DNA of 64,000 nt from assembly GCA_963829525.1 (NCBI GenBank), contig CAWHIJ010000003.1, positions 1,568,001-1,632,000 on the forward strand. The letters are read 5' to 3'. Numbering within the stretch: position 1 is the stretch's first letter; each line of letters starts with the position of its first letter. The DNA is from an uncultured Actinomycetota bacterium (GTDB taxonomy: Bacteria > Actinomycetota > Actinomycetes > JAHEKZ01). The position numbers and the translations under genes are program-made. Shown here one piece after another: positions 63,336-64,000 of the stretch. The notes under the pieces are model-generated. The model did not search any database. It was not told where the DNA came from and saw only the letters and a list, made by a program, of their open reading frames with translations.

Positions 63336-64000
63336 CCGAGCGAGCTTTTGAAATACACCACTCGCACCGCGATGTGACTGGCGGCTGGTTGCGACCGGCC
63401 GTCTTCGGGGCCAGCGACGGCCTGGTCTCGAACTTCGCGTTGATCGCCGGTGTTGCCGGAGGCACCGCGGCGACGGGCTCGGACAGCACGGCCGTCGTGA
63501 TCGCCGGTCTTGCGGGCCTGGTGGCGGGCGCCAGCTCGATGGCTGCCGGGGAGTACGTAAGTGTCGCCTCGCAAAGTGAGCTGGCTCAGGCCGAGATCGA
63601 GCTGGAGCGGACCGAGCTGGAGAACCGGCCCGAGGCCGAGGAACGCGAACTCGCTGACACCTTCCAACGACGGGGGCTCTCACCGGAGCTGGCCGGCGAG
63701 GTGGCGCGTGAGCTGTCTCGCGATCCCGACCACGCACTCGAGGTGCACGTGCGCGAAGAACTGGGCGTTGACATTCACGAGCTTCCCTCGCCGGTGACGG
63801 CGGGGGTCTCGAGCTTCTTGGCATTCAGCGTCGGTGCGTTTATTCCGTTGTTGCCCTATTTGCTAGGGGCCACAAGCCTCTGGCCGGCATTGATCGTCTC
63901 GTTCGTGGCCCTCTTCAGCGTGGGTGTGCTCGTTTCGCGCATCACTGTGCGCTCGTGGTTGTTCTCAGGAACTCGACAGCTACTGCTCGGCGGTGCCGCC
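63332..64000 (+). CDS. VIT1/CCC1 Fe/Mn transporter family (partial)
   Basis: GTG overlapping the lgt stop; LRPAVFGASDGLVSN, SMAAGEYVSV, EELG; runs off the window. Confidence 0.9.
   Translation, partial: MTERAFEIHHSHRDVTGGWLRPAVFGASDGLVSNFALIAGVAGGTAATGSDSTAVVIAGLAGLVAGASSMAAGEYVSVASQSELAQAEIELERTELENRPEAEERELADTFQRRGLSPELAGEVARELSRDPDHALEVHVREELGVDIHELPSPVTAGVSSFLAFSVGAFIPLLPYLLGATSLWPALIVSFVALFSVGVLVSRITVRSWLFSGTRQLLLGGAA

Overview
High-GC actinobacterial chromosomal core region with Streptomyces-like synteny. Left to right: crtA-like monooxygenase/DUF4126 (minus); a LexA-boxed operon DUF6504 - SAV_6107 HEPN - dnaE2-type Pol III alpha - dinB; DUF3040; MoxR/DUF58/transglutaminase; the dcw cluster (mraZ to ftsZ, yggS, sepF, yggT, divIVA); T-box-controlled type 2 ileS; dksA-like, lspA, rluD; a small accessory patch (DUF222-HNH, PadR, aldo-keto reductase); replicative dnaE; his and trp genes; mauE/dsbA/lgt/VIT1. 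Many genes, including essential ones (mraY, murD, ftsW), carry single-base frameshifts, most likely long-read assembly errors. The most interesting candidate is the SOS operon at 1453-7534. It looks like a non-canonical mutasome without imuA'/imuB: a stand-alone ImuB-C-like domain, a HEPN protein, a PHP-degenerate DnaE2 and an active DinB. Family names come from motif recognition, not database searches. No CRISPR, tRNA, rRNA or clear IS element was seen.
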